In this document: one piece after another, positions 9,445-19,423 of the stretch
Layout: each line of letters begins with the position of its first letter
Numbering within the stretch: position 1 is the stretch's first letter
DNA from: a bacterium
GTDB lineage: Bacteria; Margulisbacteria; Marinamargulisbacteria; GCA-2716485; JAYNIM01
Reading direction: 5' to 3'
Assembly: GCA_038109055.1 (NCBI GenBank)
Contig: JAYNIM010000001.1
Coordinates: 427,365-491,364, forward strand
DNA: 64,000 nt
Translations under genes and position numbers: made by a program
The notes under the pieces: model-generated
What the model was told of the DNA's origin: nothing
What the model saw: the letters and a program-made list of their open reading frames with translations, nothing else
Database searches by the model: none

Positions 9445-11298
9445 TTAAGTCGCGTCTATTTTGAAGCTAATTTCTGAAATAATTTGTTTTTTTTGAACAT
9501 CCGTCAAGCCATGCTTATTCATTGCAGTTTCAAGAGACTCTGAATGAGCGAGCTCACAGCTATGACAATATAAACCAAAACGATTTAAAACTTTAACCGA
9601 ATCACACCCATATGTTCTTATTATTTCTTCTACTGAAGTGTTTAAGAGTACACCCCCCTCCTTTAAATTTTTATCTGATTTTTTATAATAAGGAGCTTGC
9701 AATAATCGCCAAAAGCCAACTTTATATTCATCGTTTTCTCTAAAAAAACGACACCAATATCCAACAAATGCTTCATCCCATGACAACTTCTCATCTAAAA
9801 TTAGATTAAATATGCAAATTGGAATGTTAATTTGTATGTGCAAATCTTCTAATTGCACCGGCCCTAAATATCGAAGCTTACAATCTTTGATTTCTATATA
9901 TAAGGTTTTTAATGTCTCATAGTCCATATTTGTCAAATTAAATCTAATAGTAGTATTTTCACAAAACTTAATTTGAGGACAATTATTTAAATCTAAAAAA
10001 TACTTCCTGGACACTTCCTCATTAAACACATTATTTCTCTTAAAAAGCTTATTAAATTCACGACTATTAAACTCTTTAATTGCAAACTTTTTCAGAATAT
10101 CTTTGTTATAAATTTCTTTTGACAGTTTTTTCTTTCTCTTTATTTTTAATTTTTCAACATTCCACTCATCACCTGGAAACCAGTCAATTACTTTAAAGGA
10201 CTCCTTATTTAGTCTCTCTTTAATATCAAATATATTGTTTCTTATGATTTTCTCTAGAAATTCAATGTGAGTTGGATGACAAAATGTTATATGACTCGCA
10301 AAAGGAACAAAATATTTTGCGCCATATATATCCATTGCATGCCTAATTTGTTCAATACGTCCATTATTTGAATCTACCATAAATTGATGAGCATCTTTAT
10401 TTGAAACACTATTCCAAGTTAAGGGGTACCCCGAGGCTCCAAAAGAAAAAGTGGATGAAACAACATCAACTGGAAATACTTTATTCACTAAATTTTGATT
10501 AATCCCGGCATCGTTTAAATTTAGCCATTTAAAACTACCAAATTGAAAAAGTATTATACTATCATTCCAAACGCCCTTTGGCTCGAAAAAGGTCACTTCA
10601 AGATCTGACTCTATAGACATTTTTTTCCCAAAACTTGGAATCAAAATATGTTTAAATCCTAATTTTTCCAAACTATTTTGCATACGTTGATTTGGAAAAT
10701 CAGGAATTAATATAGGAATATTTTTATTAATCTTTTTTAACGTAGGAATATGAAAGTGATCAGAATGTTCATGTGTAATTATTATATAATCAACAACAAT
10801 TTCTTCTGGAAGTATAGTATTTTTAGGGTATTGATACCATGATCCCAAAAATGCCGGGCCACTTAACCAAGGGTCTGTCATAATTTTTGTCCCTTTATAA
10901 TTAAACTCTATGCACGCATGTGAATGAAGTACACAATTTAAACCTGACACCCAGTGATCCGATTTTTTTTTAATATCATTTTTTCTAATTAAGTCAGTAT
11001 TTTTAACAAAAAGCTCATTCCCTTCCTTTAAAATAGGAACATTTCTTAACTCTTGATTTTCAATATTTTTTGACTTTCCTGTATGCTTATCAAATTTCCA
11101 AAAATGTACTGGACATACTAAACAATCATCATTCAATACAACTTTTCCACCCATATGCGGACATTGATTAGATAAAAGTTGAAAGCCACGCTCTTCTGAG
11201 TAAACTAAAAAATAATTTTCTTTGTAAATTTTAATATTTAAAGGACACTGTTCTTTAATTTCTGTATTAGCAATTTTAATTTTTTCGAATTGCGTCAT
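9445..11298 (-). CDS. CMP-N-acetylneuraminate hydroxylase (CMAH) homolog: Rieske + metallo-beta-lactamase fold + C-terminal CxxC (DUF1858-like) domain
   Basis: Rieske CPH...CPVH; SHAC...DPWLSGPAFLGSW; THEHSDH; GASGYPLTW; PFAS...HP; SWDEAFVGY...FW, all colinear with animal CMAH as I recall it; tail GLYCHSCELAHSESL. Confidence 0.85.
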   Translation of the reverse strand: MTQFEKIKIANTEIKEQCPLNIKIYKENYFLVYSEERGFQLLSNQCPHMGGKVVLNDDCLVCPVHFWKFDKHTGKSKNIENQELRNVPILKEGNELFVKNTDLIRKNDIKKKSDHWVSGLNCVLHSHACIEFNYKGTKIMTDPWLSGPAFLGSWYQYPKNTILPEEIVVDYIIITHEHSDHFHIPTLKKINKNIPILIPDFPNQRMQNSLEKLGFKHILIPSFGKKMSIESDLEVTFFEPKGVWNDSIILFQFGSFKWLNLNDAGINQNLVNKVFPVDVVSSTFSFGASGYPLTWNSVSNKDAHQFMVDSNNGRIEQIRHAMDIYGAKYFVPFASHITFCHPTHIEFLEKIIRNNIFDIKERLNKESFKVIDWFPGDEWNVEKLKIKRKKKLSKEIYNKDILKKFAIKEFNSREFNKLFKRNNVFNEEVSRKYFLDLNNCPQIKFCENTTIRFNLTNMDYETLKTLYIEIKDCKLRYLGPVQLEDLHIQINIPICIFNLILDEKLSWDEAFVGYWCRFFRENDEYKVGFWRLLQAPYYKKSDKNLKEGGVLLNTSVEEIIRTYGCDSVKVLNRFGLYCHSCELAHSESLETAMNKHGLTDVQKKQIISEISFKIDAT

Positions 11299-12274
11299 TT
11301 TTTTTGTAATTACAGGTAAGTTTTATTCCAATTAAATCTTGATATTCTTTTGCACTCAAACCGTCCATTGGCTTCTTAAATGTCAAATCTTCCTCTTTAA
11401 TAACCGTACCTTTAGGTAAATCTCTTGCGGCTACAATCATTTTCTCAAAGGTTTTTTTCATTTCTACTAAATCTTTTGCCTTTTGATCTTTATCAACGTC
11501 ATGAGTCAAGGCTTTCTCTACCTCTCTAATGGCAACAACCAATGATTTAAATTCATCTGGTTCTGAAGAAAACTGAGCATCGCTTCCATACATTTTTTTA
11601 GACAATGTAAAGTGTTTTTCTATAACAGTTGCACCTTTGCATACAGCTGCTATAGGAATTGCATTTCCACGTGTATGATCAGAATAGCCTATGTTGTGCA
11701 TAGGATATTTTTTTCTTAAGTCATCTAAGATATTCAACCCTGCATTTTTAGGCAAACACGGATAATCTGACGTACATTGAAGAATGGTTAAATCAGCACA
11801 ACCATGTTTTGTTAGATAATTTACTGCTTCGTCAATTTCTTTATAGGTACTCATACCTGATGATAATAAAACTGCTTTTTTTGTTTGTGCTATTTTTTTA
11901 AGCATGGGTAAGTTTGTCACTTCACCAGAGGCTATTTTATATGTTTTTACTTTTATTGCTTCTAGTAGGGCAACGGCTTCATTAGAGAAAGGCGAAGCTA
12001 AAAATTCTAGTTCACAGTCTTTTTCGGCGTATTCTTTTAGTTTGCGCCAATTTTCTTGTGTAAAAGAGGTTCGTTCAAAGTACTCTCTACGGGTTTCGTC
12101 TTTAAAATACGGTGGGTTTGGAGCTGAGTCTAAACTTTCAGCATCAAAAATATGTATTTGAAACTTTACTGCATCGACACCACATTCTGAAGCGGATTTG
12201 ATAAACTGCTTCGCTAAGCCTAGTGATCCTTCATGTGTGTTGCCTATTTCGGCGATAATTTTTACTACTGACAT
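11276..12274 (-). CDS. neuB: N-acetylneuraminate (nonulosonate) synthase
   Basis: IIAEIGNTHEG, DAVKFQ, KIASGE, QCTSDYP, GYSDHT, IEKHFT, C-terminal SAF/AFP-like domain. Confidence 0.92.
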   Translation of the reverse strand: MSVVKIIAEIGNTHEGSLGLAKQFIKSASECGVDAVKFQIHIFDAESLDSAPNPPYFKDETRREYFERTSFTQENWRKLKEYAEKDCELEFLASPFSNEAVALLEAIKVKTYKIASGEVTNLPMLKKIAQTKKAVLLSSGMSTYKEIDEAVNYLTKHGCADLTILQCTSDYPCLPKNAGLNILDDLRKKYPMHNIGYSDHTRGNAIPIAAVCKGATVIEKHFTLSKKMYGSDAQFSSEPDEFKSLVVAIREVEKALTHDVDKDQKAKDLVEMKKTFEKMIVAARDLPKGTVIKEEDLTFKKPMDGLSAKEYQDLIGIKLTCNYKKNDAIRKN

Positions 12275-12360
12275 TTAATATTTTTTATATTGTATGTAAC
12301 GTTGAATTGCTGCAAAATTAGTTTGCTTAGTAAAACATATTTTGTTATTTTTTACTATGT

Positions 12361-14022
12361 ATGTCTATCATAAAAAAGATATTGAAAAGATTCAAAAATA
12401 AAATTCATAAAAAAAGAGTCGTTCCAAAATTAAATCTCATAAACGATTACGCTCATAAAGAATATTATAATCAATATTATTCAAAAAATGCAGAAACTAC
12501 CAAAATTTTAAAAAAACTTAGTTCCGAATATAAGGCTAAGCCTCTTGACAGTAATCTTAAAATTCTATCTCTCATCGCTGTACCCGGAAATTTTACTCAG
12601 ATATATTATCAACAATTTATAGCTTATGCATTAGCATTAAGAGATTGTAATATTTCTCACTTAACTTGTTCTGGCTCTGAAAACCAATGTGCGAGTGGCA
12701 GAATACTACAGCCCTCTCAATCATGTTCAGATTGTTTAAAATATGGTCAAAATTTTCTTGATAACGTTGTTAACAATAACCAAATCAAATCTTATGCCGA
12801 CTTCAACCTTGATACTACTTTAACTTCAGAATTTGAAAAAATAGGGACATTATCTTTTGAAGAACTTAGAAAATATACTTATAAAAATATTATGTTTGGA
12901 AAATATATTGAAGAGGCTCTTAATGGTTATTTTCTAAATTGTCACCTCTCTCAAAATCCTATAGTAATACAAAAATTCAAAGAAATGTTAATTTATGATT
13001 TAACCGCATATAATGCTTTTATTAAATACCATCATCAGGAAACCTTTGATCGAGTCATTATGTGTGGTGGAGTTGGGCCTGGTTATAGTGGAATTTTAAA
13101 TGCGTGTAAACAAAGCAATATCCCTTGTTTAACTTGGGAAGTTTGGGAGGGAAACACATTAAATTCAGTTGTATGGACCAAAAACGATATTGCCTCTAAT
13201 TTTAAAGTTTTTAACAACAAAAAAGAATTAGATAATTATAGTATTGACCATACAAAGCAAAAAATGTGTACTGATTATTTAATGGAAAGAGTTAAGGGTA
13301 GTAAAAACACGCTATCTTATAATAACCAAAATACAACTTTAGAAAATGTAATTTCATCAAAATTTGGTAATATTTTTAATAAACCGTTCACCCTTCTTCT
13401 GACCACTGTTCCTTGGGATGCTAATTGTTTTAGAAAAGATCATCTATTTAAATCTCAATATTATTGGATATTAGAAACTATTAAATTTTTTAAAGAAAAA
13501 CCAGAGGAAACATTAGTTATACGTGCACATCCTGCAGAATCACATAAATCAGTTAACCCTTATCGATATACACAAGAAACGATACTTTCCTTTCTAAGGC
13601 AGCATATAGATGTACTCCCTGAAAATATTATTTTTATTGATTCCAATGATGATGTTAGTACTTACGCTCTTTTTCCTTATACTAAAGTGGCATTAATTTT
13701 TGCAACTACAACTATTTATGAACTTATCTATAATAATATTCCGGTTATATGTGCATCAAAAACTCATCATATAAATATGGGTATAAGCATAGACCCAAAA
13801 AACAAAAAAGAGTATTTCAATTTACTTGATAATATAGATTCTTTAAAAGTGACCGATGAACAAAAATCCCGTTCACTTAAATATGCTTATAAGTACTTAT
13901 TTGAACGAATGATTCCTTATTCACAAATATTAAATACACGCTGTCTAGATGATTTAAAGACTGGCTCGAATATTCATCTTGATAAAATTTGTAGAGATAT
14001 TATCGTTGCTAATAATACCTGA
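12361..14022 (+). CDS. Capsule polysaccharide biosynthesis protein (KpsS/Capsule_synth-like GT-B) with N-terminal 4-Cys motif
   Basis: VPWDA, IRAHPAE, TTTIYE...PVI motifs; C-x6-C-x11-C-x2-C near the N-terminus; divergent from neuB. Confidence 0.6.
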   Translation: MSIIKKILKRFKNKIHKKRVVPKLNLINDYAHKEYYNQYYSKNAETTKILKKLSSEYKAKPLDSNLKILSLIAVPGNFTQIYYQQFIAYALALRDCNISHLTCSGSENQCASGRILQPSQSCSDCLKYGQNFLDNVVNNNQIKSYADFNLDTTLTSEFEKIGTLSFEELRKYTYKNIMFGKYIEEALNGYFLNCHLSQNPIVIQKFKEMLIYDLTAYNAFIKYHHQETFDRVIMCGGVGPGYSGILNACKQSNIPCLTWEVWEGNTLNSVVWTKNDIASNFKVFNNKKELDNYSIDHTKQKMCTDYLMERVKGSKNTLSYNNQNTTLENVISSKFGNIFNKPFTLLLTTVPWDANCFRKDHLFKSQYYWILETIKFFKEKPEETLVIRAHPAESHKSVNPYRYTQETILSFLRQHIDVLPENIIFIDSNDDVSTYALFPYTKVALIFATTTIYELIYNNIPVICASKTHHINMGISIDPKNKKEYFNLLDNIDSLKVTDEQKSRSLKYAYKYLFERMIPYSQILNTRCLDDLKTGSNIHLDKICRDIIVANNT

Positions 14023-14202
14023 AAGCCTTAAATGTTTTACGATATATTTCATCCCCTTTTTAATTCTAAGCTTTGATCTATCAAGTTACACTAGCAATAT
14101 CTATAAACGCTTATTTATTATTAATTCTGGTATATTATAGGTGAAATATACATTATATAATAGACATATCATCCAAGTTTAAAAATCATTTTTTAATTGA
14201 TA

Positions 14203-16131
14203 TTAACACTTTTTATGTTTTTCCTTTAGTTTCCTTTTATGTTTCACAAATACTATCAAATTTACAAGATTAATAAACTGAGAAGTCTCATTTTCATTTA
14301 ATTTTTTCTTTTGTCTTAACTCGCTAACTTTTAGTATATATGCCTTGATGGCTGGCGTTGATACGTGACTTAAAATAAATTCAAGTTCACTATGACACTG
14401 ATCCCATAGTTTCTGATTTAATTTCAAAAACTTGCTCGAAAAATTTGGTTTTTTTGTTTTATTTTTATTTTTATTTCGTATTGTTTTAATTAATTTATAA
14501 AATGCTGGAAAAAAGGCTAGTCCCCGTATCAACGTTTTCTTTATATTTTGTATTATATAATGAGTATATGTATAGCCAGATTTTTTTGCAGCTTTTTTAA
14601 GGTAATATGTATACGATTTTGGAAGAACCTCATTCACATATTGAAAATAATATTGCTTTGGACTGAAGGCTTCTGTAATTGATACAATAAAATCACTAAA
14701 ATAGTGATGTAATAAATTGTTGTTAATAGCCAAATAAAATGTGTTTTTAAATACAGAGCTGTATGAAGAAAGTTGAAGTTCAGTATTATAATTATATATA
14801 AAATAACGATGTATCCTCAATAAATGATTAAAATAATTGATGTCTTTTTTCTTAATGGTTGAACCTTCAATCTTTTTAAGATCATCTACTGATAATATAT
14901 GCTTAAATAAGCTATTAATATTTTTATCATGAGCATGTTCGATTCCATCACATCTTCCATAATGTTTCTTAAATAACGTATAAGGAAACTGTTGTGCATT
15001 TTTAAGTTCATAAAACACTGATCCATATAAAAATGTAAAAAAGGGACTCATTTTTTTGAACTTAAAAAATACTTTATTTTGAAGAAACCTTTGTAAATTA
15101 CATAAAAAGAAATTTGTAAATATGATATTTTTGAGACAATATTTAAAATATGCTCGATACATACTAATTCCCTTGTTTACAGATGATCCCGTGCAATGAA
15201 TCATATATGAACCATCACAGTTCTCACCTGTTACAAATAACGCACTGTCCTTTTTTGATGTAAGATAATAACAATTTTTTTCAAGTGGAAGGGGCTCAAT
15301 ATACTGAGAGTACATATCATATAACTTATCTTCAGTCATATTTTTAATTTTTGTCTGATCTATATAAGTTAATGGAATATTAAGTACTTTTGTCAGTAAA
15401 TACGTTATATTATTTTGATACCTAGAATTTTTAAACGTGTAAGCTAACATATTTGCCCCTGCTTTGTGAAAAGCTACTAGCATCAAAACAGAGTCAATTC
15501 CTCCAGATAACAATATATTTATTGGGGTGTCTTTTTTTGCCTGAGTTATTAACTGTGCTGTTACATCAAGTCTTTTTTTAAATTCATTATATGACTTTTT
15601 ACCATGTTGACACTCCTTCGGCATTTTTTTGATATATGGGTTTTGCCTTATATGCAAACCCTTTGAAATAATACATTCCATACCTCCTGGAACATTGAAT
15701 ATGTTATTAAACAAGGATGTAAATGGTAAATGTGGAATATCAGAACATACACTTTGATAAACTAAATACTCATTTAGTTCTATTATTTTATTTCTGGAAA
15801 TCAGATTATTGATATTTATATCAATATACAATTTTCCGTCGTTTTTATAATAATAAAAACCAGGCGTTGCTGTCGCATTAATGATGCGTATCTCTGAATC
15901 TTTCTTAATGATCAAATAATACTGTCCAACCGTATGCTGAATAAATGATAATAATCGTGAGTGACATGTATGATTTTCTAATATCCAACTGTAACTCTCA
16001 TCACTACTTTTTATACACTTTTCATAATATGCCCCATATAATTCTCCTATTAGGATAATAGATCCATCCTGTCTTATATTTTTACTTGAATCAACAGATA
16101 ATTTTAAATTAGATTCTATACAAACTTTCAT
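14203..16131 (-). CDS. Divergent asparagine synthase-like protein (PP-loop adenylating domain)
   Basis: LLSGGIDS and TGENCDG motifs; no N-terminal Cys-Gly-Ile. Confidence 0.6.
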   Translation of the reverse strand: MKVCIESNLKLSVDSSKNIRQDGSIILIGELYGAYYEKCIKSSDESYSWILENHTCHSRLLSFIQHTVGQYYLIIKKDSEIRIINATATPGFYYYKNDGKLYIDININNLISRNKIIELNEYLVYQSVCSDIPHLPFTSLFNNIFNVPGGMECIISKGLHIRQNPYIKKMPKECQHGKKSYNEFKKRLDVTAQLITQAKKDTPINILLSGGIDSVLMLVAFHKAGANMLAYTFKNSRYQNNITYLLTKVLNIPLTYIDQTKIKNMTEDKLYDMYSQYIEPLPLEKNCYYLTSKKDSALFVTGENCDGSYMIHCTGSSVNKGISMYRAYFKYCLKNIIFTNFFLCNLQRFLQNKVFFKFKKMSPFFTFLYGSVFYELKNAQQFPYTLFKKHYGRCDGIEHAHDKNINSLFKHILSVDDLKKIEGSTIKKKDINYFNHLLRIHRYFIYNYNTELQLSSYSSVFKNTFYLAINNNLLHHYFSDFIVSITEAFSPKQYYFQYVNEVLPKSYTYYLKKAAKKSGYTYTHYIIQNIKKTLIRGLAFFPAFYKLIKTIRNKNKNKTKKPNFSSKFLKLNQKLWDQCHSELEFILSHVSTPAIKAYILKVSELRQKKKLNENETSQFINLVNLIVFVKHKRKLKEKHKKC

Positions 16132-16132
16132 T

Positions 16133-17563
16133 TTATCTTCCTATCAAAATATTCTTTTTAACTAATTTTTCTTTTAACTTTGGTAAGAGGCGTGTTACTT
16201 GACTAACATGAATACTTAACACTAACGTAAGACAACATAAGATACCATCTAATTTGAAAGTATATATCTGACTCAAAAGAATGCATACTGCAAACATACA
16301 TATGTAGGGTAGAGATATAAACTCAATAAATACGGGCAAGTTCAATAACTTTCGCTTTATAATACCCATTATTCCCGTAACAATAGTCACTGAGCCTAGT
16401 GATAATACGCCTCCAACTAATCCAAATTTTGGAATAAGTAAAATAGAAAGCCCCATGCAAGTGCAGCCTGATACAATCGAAGATAGTAAAAAATATTTTG
16501 TGCATTTATGATATAATATTCCTGTGAAAACTCCGCTTAATCCTGCATCAGCTAAAATAAAACAACTTAGATATAATATAATCCTATATGCATCTGTATA
16601 AACTCCGTTAGATAGCCATGTTATGAATGATTCCCCAATAAAATAAAAACATATACACCCACAAAATACTACGTAAAACCAAGCAAAAAACATCTGTCTA
16701 AATTTCGAGAAATCTTTATTACCTTTACTTAATGCCTGAAGTAATTTTGGAGAATAAACTTTAGAAAAATGCCCCTCTACAGTGGCAAACATACTATATA
16801 ATCGTAATGCCCAATTATATAATGCGAACATTTGAATAGTGTACAACCCGCTAATAACAAATTTGTCAATTTTTGTTCGTGTTAGATTAAACAAAGCCCG
16901 CAAGGTTAAAGGATAACCGATTTTAATTGTTTCGATATAAAAGTATTTTTTAAATGATACCGTTAGATATGGAGTTAAAATAAATAATTTAATTGCGTTT
17001 ATGATAGAACACGTAATCGATGATCCAATAATTACAAATTTAACATTTTGTGTATACACAATAAGACCAACGTATATTATTGTTGTCAAAAATATTTCGA
17101 ATAGTTTAATTTTAGAAAACAAAACTGCTTTCTCAGTTAAAACAATCCAATTTGAAAATACTGGTGTAATACGATTCATAACCACCATCAAAGCCATCCA
17201 AGGAAAAAGTACTATAATAATTGGAGCTGAATCACTAGCCATTAATGTAAATACCCATTTATAAAATGGAAACATAACAATAATAGACCCAATAGCCATG
17301 ACTGCCCCTATAAATAACAACGTAAATAATAGTTGTTTTTGTTCATCTTTTTTTAAATCAAACCATAAACTACCTATTACATACCCAACACCATATTCAC
17401 ATAATACAGTAAAGGGAACTTGACATAAATTAAATAGAGCAATTAAACCAAACTCCTCTAACCCAAAATAACGTGTTGTAATTGGCAACGTGATAAATGG
17501 CAATGCATTTATAATAATTTCAGGAAACATGTATAAGCTAAAATTCTTAACAAACTTTTTCAT
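16133..17563 (-). CDS. wzx: Wzx-type oligosaccharide flippase
   Basis: Multi-TM 476 aa; LPFITLPITTRYFGLEEFG, DKFVI, LLIPKFGLVGG patterns. Confidence 0.82.
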   Translation of the reverse strand: MKKFVKNFSLYMFPEIIINALPFITLPITTRYFGLEEFGLIALFNLCQVPFTVLCEYGVGYVIGSLWFDLKKDEQKQLLFTLLFIGAVMAIGSIIVMFPFYKWVFTLMASDSAPIIIVLFPWMALMVVMNRITPVFSNWIVLTEKAVLFSKIKLFEIFLTTIIYVGLIVYTQNVKFVIIGSSITCSIINAIKLFILTPYLTVSFKKYFYIETIKIGYPLTLRALFNLTRTKIDKFVISGLYTIQMFALYNWALRLYSMFATVEGHFSKVYSPKLLQALSKGNKDFSKFRQMFFAWFYVVFCGCICFYFIGESFITWLSNGVYTDAYRIILYLSCFILADAGLSGVFTGILYHKCTKYFLLSSIVSGCTCMGLSILLIPKFGLVGGVLSLGSVTIVTGIMGIIKRKLLNLPVFIEFISLPYICMFAVCILLSQIYTFKLDGILCCLTLVLSIHVSQVTRLLPKLKEKLVKKNILIGR

Positions 17564-18029
17564 GCTAATATTTTCCTTTTGATCAATACACGGTTACACA
17601 TTCACAAATAATACCTTTATAGTTTGATCAAATCAAATAAAACTCCGCTAATAACTATTATTGAGAGAATTTCCACAATCAAATAAATGCCTTATTCTTT
17701 CTTTAATTGTATGAGTATAACAATAGCTACCATATTTTCTAAAGCCATTTTTCTTAAAATTAGCTGATATTCCAATATGCTGTCCTATTAAAGGTTCTAA
17801 ATATTTGGAGCTGGTCCATTGGTCTTCTATAGTAAATCTTCCTCTGTAAAAACTGCTAATGATAGCATGCCAGATAAGGATTGTAACTTCTGCAAACTAA
17901 ATTTATATAAAGATATATGATCGCTTTTAAATTTTGGTTTATAGATCTAAACTCTATTAGATATATACGAATCTTTTAATTTTCATACGGGTTAATAATG
18001 CAAGACTTCTCTTCTATTAGATATGTTTT

Positions 18030-18701
18030 CTAAGAAACATAATCCCCATTATAATTAATCATTGCAACACTTCTGATACTCTTAACTTTGGCAAGCCTAT
18101 CTATTATTGATGTATCATTTCGTTTTTGTCTCATTTCTAATATCAGTTCTATTTCGTCATTTGTACGTATTTTTGATTTAATATTTAATTTTTTTAAACT
18201 CGCTAAAGCCTCGTCAATTTCAGCATTGTTTTTATTAGGATAATTTATAACTAATAGATAAGGTAAGCGTCTTAAAATCTTAATCTTAGTTATTGCAAAC
18301 AGTAAGCCGCCTATAACAAGACTGCCAATAATGGAAACCTTATATAAACCAACGCCGTTTGCCATGCCTATACTAATAGCCCAAAACATAAATACAGTGT
18401 CTAAAGAGTCTTTGATGGCTGTACGAAAACGAACAATCGATAACGCGCCAACCATTCCCAGAGAAAGTAAAAAGTTGGTGCTTATAGCCATAATAATTAA
18501 AGACGTAATGACAGCCACCATTATTAATGAAAGGTTGAAGCTCTTGGTATACAACACTCCTTGATACGTTTGTCTATAAATTGCGTATATAAACAAGGAA
18601 ATAATGACCGTTATAGTTAGTGATAAGGCTATATCCATGATAGTAAGATTAGTTGACAATGCAGAAGCAGAACTTTTAAAAGTTGATAATATTTCGTCCA
18701 T
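18030..18701 (-). CDS. DUF4956 membrane protein
   Basis: SLGMVGALSIVRFRTAIKD signature; start MDEIL at 18701 (TAATG overlap, GGAGG RBS). Confidence 0.85.
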   Translation of the reverse strand: MDEILSTFKSSASALSTNLTIMDIALSLTITVIISLFIYAIYRQTYQGVLYTKSFNLSLIMVAVITSLIIMAISTNFLLSLGMVGALSIVRFRTAIKDSLDTVFMFWAISIGMANGVGLYKVSIIGSLVIGGLLFAITKIKILRRLPYLLVINYPNKNNAEIDEALASLKKLNIKSKIRTNDEIELILEMRQKRNDTSIIDRLAKVKSIRSVAMINYNGDYVS

Positions 18702-19423
18702 TACTGATCCTCCCAAGGATTTTCTTTATAAAACTTTCTACAGATTGCATATTTTGAAATTGCTGAACGTGCACAATGTGAGCCGTCTAAAGCTTGCTTA
18801 ATAAATGCTGGTAAAAATTTTTCATATTTTACTTCCATAATAACTAAATGTTGATCGCAGGCACTGATAGTAAATGATTTTTTATCAAAAAGATCCTCAT
18901 TAGAGTAGCTAAGTTTTAAATTCTTGTCAAATGTCACCCTTACATTTCCCTGTTTAAATACATACGCTTCTCGCACATAATCTGTGATAATAACTGGTTT
19001 TAATAGCTGTGTTTTTTGAATGATTAAGAACTCATTCAGAAGTTCTTTTTTATCTGAAAGTTTCTTATTACTATGGTTAGAATTAACTAATAGGGATTCG
19101 TATTGCTTTCGATCTATTGATTGTGCCTGTTTAAAAATAAACTGATTATGCTTCCCTTTTTTTTCAAGTTTTATCACTGCATCGCTATGGTTGTATATTC
19201 TAATACGATATTTGTATCGATCTAGTACTCCCGATAGTTTTTCAAACAGCGCGGAGTTGTACATGTCATCAAAATAAAGACTTCTTAAATGATAATTACC
19301 ATCTTTGTCAGCATGCTGATCAGGTCTCATTAATAACTTTATACGTTGCTTTAAACAATGATATTGGTAATGACTAATAAAATATTTAACCTCATGCCTA
19401 AAAGTAACTTTTTTTTTAGTCAT
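18701..19423 (-). CDS. VTC (polyphosphate polymerase) domain protein, CYTH/TTM fold
   Basis: RHEVKY, RSLYFD, RYKYRIRIY, LEKK, YVREAY, RVTFD, MEVKY, SKY motifs. Confidence 0.88.
   Translation of the reverse strand: MTKKKVTFRHEVKYFISHYQYHCLKQRIKLLMRPDQHADKDGNYHLRSLYFDDMYNSALFEKLSGVLDRYKYRIRIYNHSDAVIKLEKKGKHNQFIFKQAQSIDRKQYESLLVNSNHSNKKLSDKKELLNEFLIIQKTQLLKPVIITDYVREAYVFKQGNVRVTFDKNLKLSYSNEDLFDKKSFTISACDQHLVIMEVKYEKFLPAFIKQALDGSHCARSAISKYAICRKFYKENPWEDQ

Noticed and set aside
9445..11298. Beta-lactamase or generic UlaG-like hydrolase
   Set aside because: The N-terminal Rieske ligands and colinear CMAH-specific motifs argue for a hydroxylase
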